A DNA stretch of 64,000 nucleotides, taken from positions 73,594,001 through 73,658,000 of the forward strand of contig NC_043001.1 in assembly GCF_006345805.1 (NCBI RefSeq), given 5' to 3'. Numbering within the stretch: the first letter of the stretch is position 1; each line of letters opens with the position of its first letter. Positions 60,433 through 64,000 of this stretch are shown here, piece after piece. The notes below the pieces were generated by a model. It was not told the DNA's origin. It saw only the letters and a list, made by a program, of their open reading frames with translations, and searched no databases. Origin of the DNA: Octopus sinensis (taxonomy: Eukaryota). The position numbers and the translations under genes were made by a program.

Positions 60433-61199
60433 GACAAGTCATCTGTAGTTTTCTGTTATGTGTTTTATTGACTCATGTTGTCTCTTAGATGTATTGGCAT
60501 CGTCTTTCCTTTGACCCAGGAGACCTAATAAGTGAAGCTCTTCGGTAACTGCAAGGCCTACTCAATGAAGCTTATTATGGCTAAGGCCATCAGCATCAGC
60601 TTAACTACCAATGAATTCCTCTGTAGAGGTAAACTGTAGCTTCAGTTTGAATATTCAGACCAAAGACTAAGGCACATGCCACTCCTCTTTCCATCAAAAA
60701 GTAGCAGGGGACAGCACAAAGGACATTAAGACTTTGAGGAGATGCCATCAAATGAGATAATTATATGTACTAACTGGTGATTAGTGTTGCTGCCTAAGTT
60801 GCATTGCCAAAAACGACAGACATGTGACATTACCGGTTCCAGAGTGATCAACCTTTTAGCATTTAAACAGGCCATATCTGGCCCAAATATTCTACCTGTT
60901 TTAAGTTCAAATCAACCAGATCTGACCTCTCAGACCTACCTACAATGTTGTTTTAAATATAAACAATCATATTATTGAAATCTTGAAGCTTCAAGATAAT
61001 GGTATTTATATTTAAAACAATGTTAGTAAATAAGTATCACATTTGACAGAGTAATCTGAATGCTGAAGGGTTAAAGCAAATGAATTTTAGTAGCCCTCGC
61101 AAATAATATTGACAAGACATAGGAGTCAGTAAGGTAATTACTAAGAAAATAAAAAGTAGGATCTGAAGAAATTAGCAGTGGTCTGCATTAGGAATTAGG

Positions 61200-62500
61200 A
61201 AATATATACAGCTAAGAAGTGGAATAATTTGATTTAATGTGGGGAAGGAAGACAAATCTAACAGGTAGAGCAATATGTTGGAGAAATAGGTTATCTGATG
61301 ATACAGAATGAATAGAATGGGAGTTGTGAGAAATAGAGAGAATAATAAAAAATAGTGAAGAATAAAGGAGTGGGAAGTTTAGGAGATTAAATGTGTATTG
61401 ATAGGGGTGATAATCAATAAAACAGCCCACTGCCAGAACAGCTGAGATAATTTCTCTGTTTTGACCAGTCAGAATGGGTTGATAATCAACAAGAATATTG
61501 GCAAATTTGAAAAGCATGAGGTGAATGGAGGGAAGGGATAAAAATGAATAAAAGGAAATACATCTAGATGATCAACAAGAGTTCAGGAAAAAGTGTGGGA
61601 GAAGAATGAGTTAAGGATGGAAGAAGAGAAAATAATTCAACAAAAGTTGACATGTTAAAGGAAAAGAGGTTGATCAGGAGAACGAGATGCATTCATTAAT
61701 GCCTACAAGTAAGGAAGTTTCTGAAGGAGAGATGAAGTAATTTTTTTAGTGATTACAGATATAGGGTGAGCTATATTGAGAGGTTATTCCACAAGTTGAG
61801 AGGTGATCCAAGGAGTAGCATGTTGGATTTAGATGTCTAGCTAAAGTTTTACAGAGTGATTGGATGCTATTGTGAACACTAAAGAAGTGCTTGCAGAAGT
61901 GATCAGCTAGATGATAGTCAGTTTACAGGTGAAGTAGTAAATAAGGTTGGTAGAGGTATAGTCACTCTGATGATTTGCGATTAAGTTTAGAGGCCAGTTA
62001 TGAATGTATTACTGGAGATAAAGGAAAAATTGTAGAATAAAAATCTGAAGCATCGGAAGATGTCAGAATTTTCTGGGGAGGTGGGGGGTTCTGACCAACA
62101 GGTTGCTCTAATTTTAGTCTGTTTTCAAACAAAGAGGACTGAGAAATATAGAAGCAGTTTGAGGATCAGAGAAAAGAAAGTAAAAGTTCACCAAGCCACT
62201 CCTTGGACCAGTGAAACTTTACCAAGCCAGTCCTTAGCTTCTCAATCTGCAGAGACACTTCATACCTACAAGCATAGAGAAAATAACCTTGTCTTTATTC
62301 TAGGTACTTTCTTACTTGCAGACATTAATAAATACCTATCATTCTTCTAGTTAACCTCCTCCTCTTTGACATATTTGCACTTTGGCAACTACTAAAATAC
62401 ACTTTATTCTTCCCTTCATCAGACTCTAATTTCCACCATTCAGTATTTTGCAAATTTGCAATGTTCTCTTCTTGGTTTTCAAATATTTGCAACATTTTTA
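61200..62500 (-). mobile_element. Degraded second Penelope-like family (Poseidon-like) with an inverted copy of its tail
   Basis: Minus: SDPQTASIF..NLLVR, YTSTNLIYYFTC, LADHFCKH..LARHLN..SLDHL..GINEC. Plus from about 62185: HSLD..HRENNLVFILGTF...INKYLSFF*. Confidence 0.65.
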
Positions 62501-63374
62501 CTGATCATCATCTAGTTTCTAAATGTTATACTTAATCTAATCTAATAACCCCACCTGGTCCCAAGGTGCCTTTAGCAAAGTCCACACTTTTGCAAGTATT
62601 TAGATCATACTTCCTGTCTGAATGAAACTTATTCCTTCCCTGCCATCAGCTTTGACAGCCCTGAAAAAGGTTAATTGGTATTTTCCTTCTGCCACTGACT
62701 GGCTAAGCCATTAAAAACAGGCGTGTTCTGTTCTCTTGATTTTTACCTCATTCCTTTATTTTTAAATATGCCAGCATTCTTGTTAATTATCTCCCTTCTC
62801 TGACCACTGTCTAACACATTTCTTTACATTTCCCTCCTTAACAGTTAAGCATTTAACCTGGCCACATCTGGCCAAAATATTCTACGTGTTCTATGTTCAA
62901 ACTGGCCAGATCCAGCCTCTCACACCTACCCAATAATGTAATTCTAAAAATCAACAATCACATCATTGAAATCTCATAGCTATAAGAAAATGCATGATTA
63001 ATTCAGAACAATGTGAATAAATAAACATTGCATTTGACAGAGTAATCTAAATGCTGAAAGGTTAATTTTCTCTCTTTCAAGCTTTTCATTCAATACTAAC
63101 AGATAACAACTCTCTGATGAAGAATTCTACCTGAGATGTTAGTCTCTTCTTTAGTCTCACAACAAACCAGTTTATTTCACTTCTGAACTGTTTATACATC
63201 ACTGAGTTATATAGTAAAGAGGGCTACTGCGCACTAATAAATGAAAATTCTGTTTCTATTTTCATTGCCCTATTCTCAGCAAACTTGATTTAAAGTACTT
63301 CTCAAATGAACTATCTATCAGAACCTCAGTACTATGATTACATAACCTACTACATAAATTACTCTGTGTAACAA

Positions 63375-63375
63375 A

Positions 63376-63432
<57 letters not shown>

Positions 63433-63433
63433 T
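63375..63433. repeat. (ATT)n microsatellite
   Basis: Read directly. Confidence 0.95.
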
Positions 63434-64000
63434 TGTCTTTAGTCAGTAAGTGTTATTTTCTATTTGCTTTTATCTAGAAATCAAAGGAAATGACAACTAT
63501 TCTCTTCAAATTTTGCTTTTGTGACCTGGACATTAATGTTTTGAAACTGACGTATTTTCCATTACATTTCAGACAGATTCAACAAGTATTCTGCTCAATA
63601 CCACATATTTGCCTGTTAGTTGCTTGAACTTTTTCTGCATGACCCTTAGTTGCTGACAATATGTGCATCTCTGAACATGAGCAGGAGTAATAGGAGAGCA
63701 TCATAGCCATATGTTGAGAGGGATTTTTTGGAATTTAAATAAATGTAACAAAAGCAAAGTTTGAAGGAAATATTTGCCATTTTTCATACTTTCTAGGGGT
63801 AAGCAAATAGGAAATAACAGTCACTACCCAAGGACAAAAATCATGTTACACAGTGTTATTTGTCAGTACTCCAATATCTTAACTACTATACTCCTGCAAT
63901 ACCCCCCTAATTAATGTACTCCTGAACTGACCAACATGTTCTACTACTACTACTACCACCTTAACAATCTGAGTACTTTAATCATTATCACAAAACAGAA

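Noticed and set aside
60500-60625. Possible upstream SLC37 exon after ctctacag on the minus strand
   Set aside because: Stops in all three frames and no match to the expected D..FL..YA.GMF.S peptide; the upstream exons appear to be outside the window.

Overview
AT-rich, microsatellite-dense animal genomic DNA. The repeat content (tRNA-headed SINEs, RTE LINE tails ending in (GAT)n, TTAA-CCCTT MITEs, Penelope relics) points to an octopus or other coleoid cephalopod; that assignment is inference. One host gene spans most of the window on the minus strand: an SLC37A1/SLC37A2-like MFS sugar-phosphate/phosphate exchanger. I reconstructed 13 GT-AG coding exons by hand (58944 down to the stop at 11737; 1132 nt, reading frame continuous). 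Its N-terminal exons lie beyond the right edge. The introns are full of mobile DNA: a nearly full-length decayed Penelope-like element (RT plus GIY-YIG, 35871-39755) whose three terminal repeats each carry a minimal hammerhead-ribozyme motif; a TIR-complete Tc1 element with DD36E spacing; a non-autonomous Helitron nested in a piggyBac-type MITE; mariner, rosa-like, hAT, RTE, CR1 and Dong/R4 fragments; and a 5S rRNA-derived fragment. The strongest second-look signals are hammerhead motifs from several Penelope families (one abutting a 54-bp hairpin), several long intronic inverted repeats able to form dsRNA in the pre-mRNA, a 39-nt symmetric exon that builds an acidic dileucine-like motif, and a tight ATGCAATTAA cluster. 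Almost all other ORFs in the supplied track are microsatellite or decayed-TE artefacts. No database searches or folding programs were run; family names come from motif recognition.
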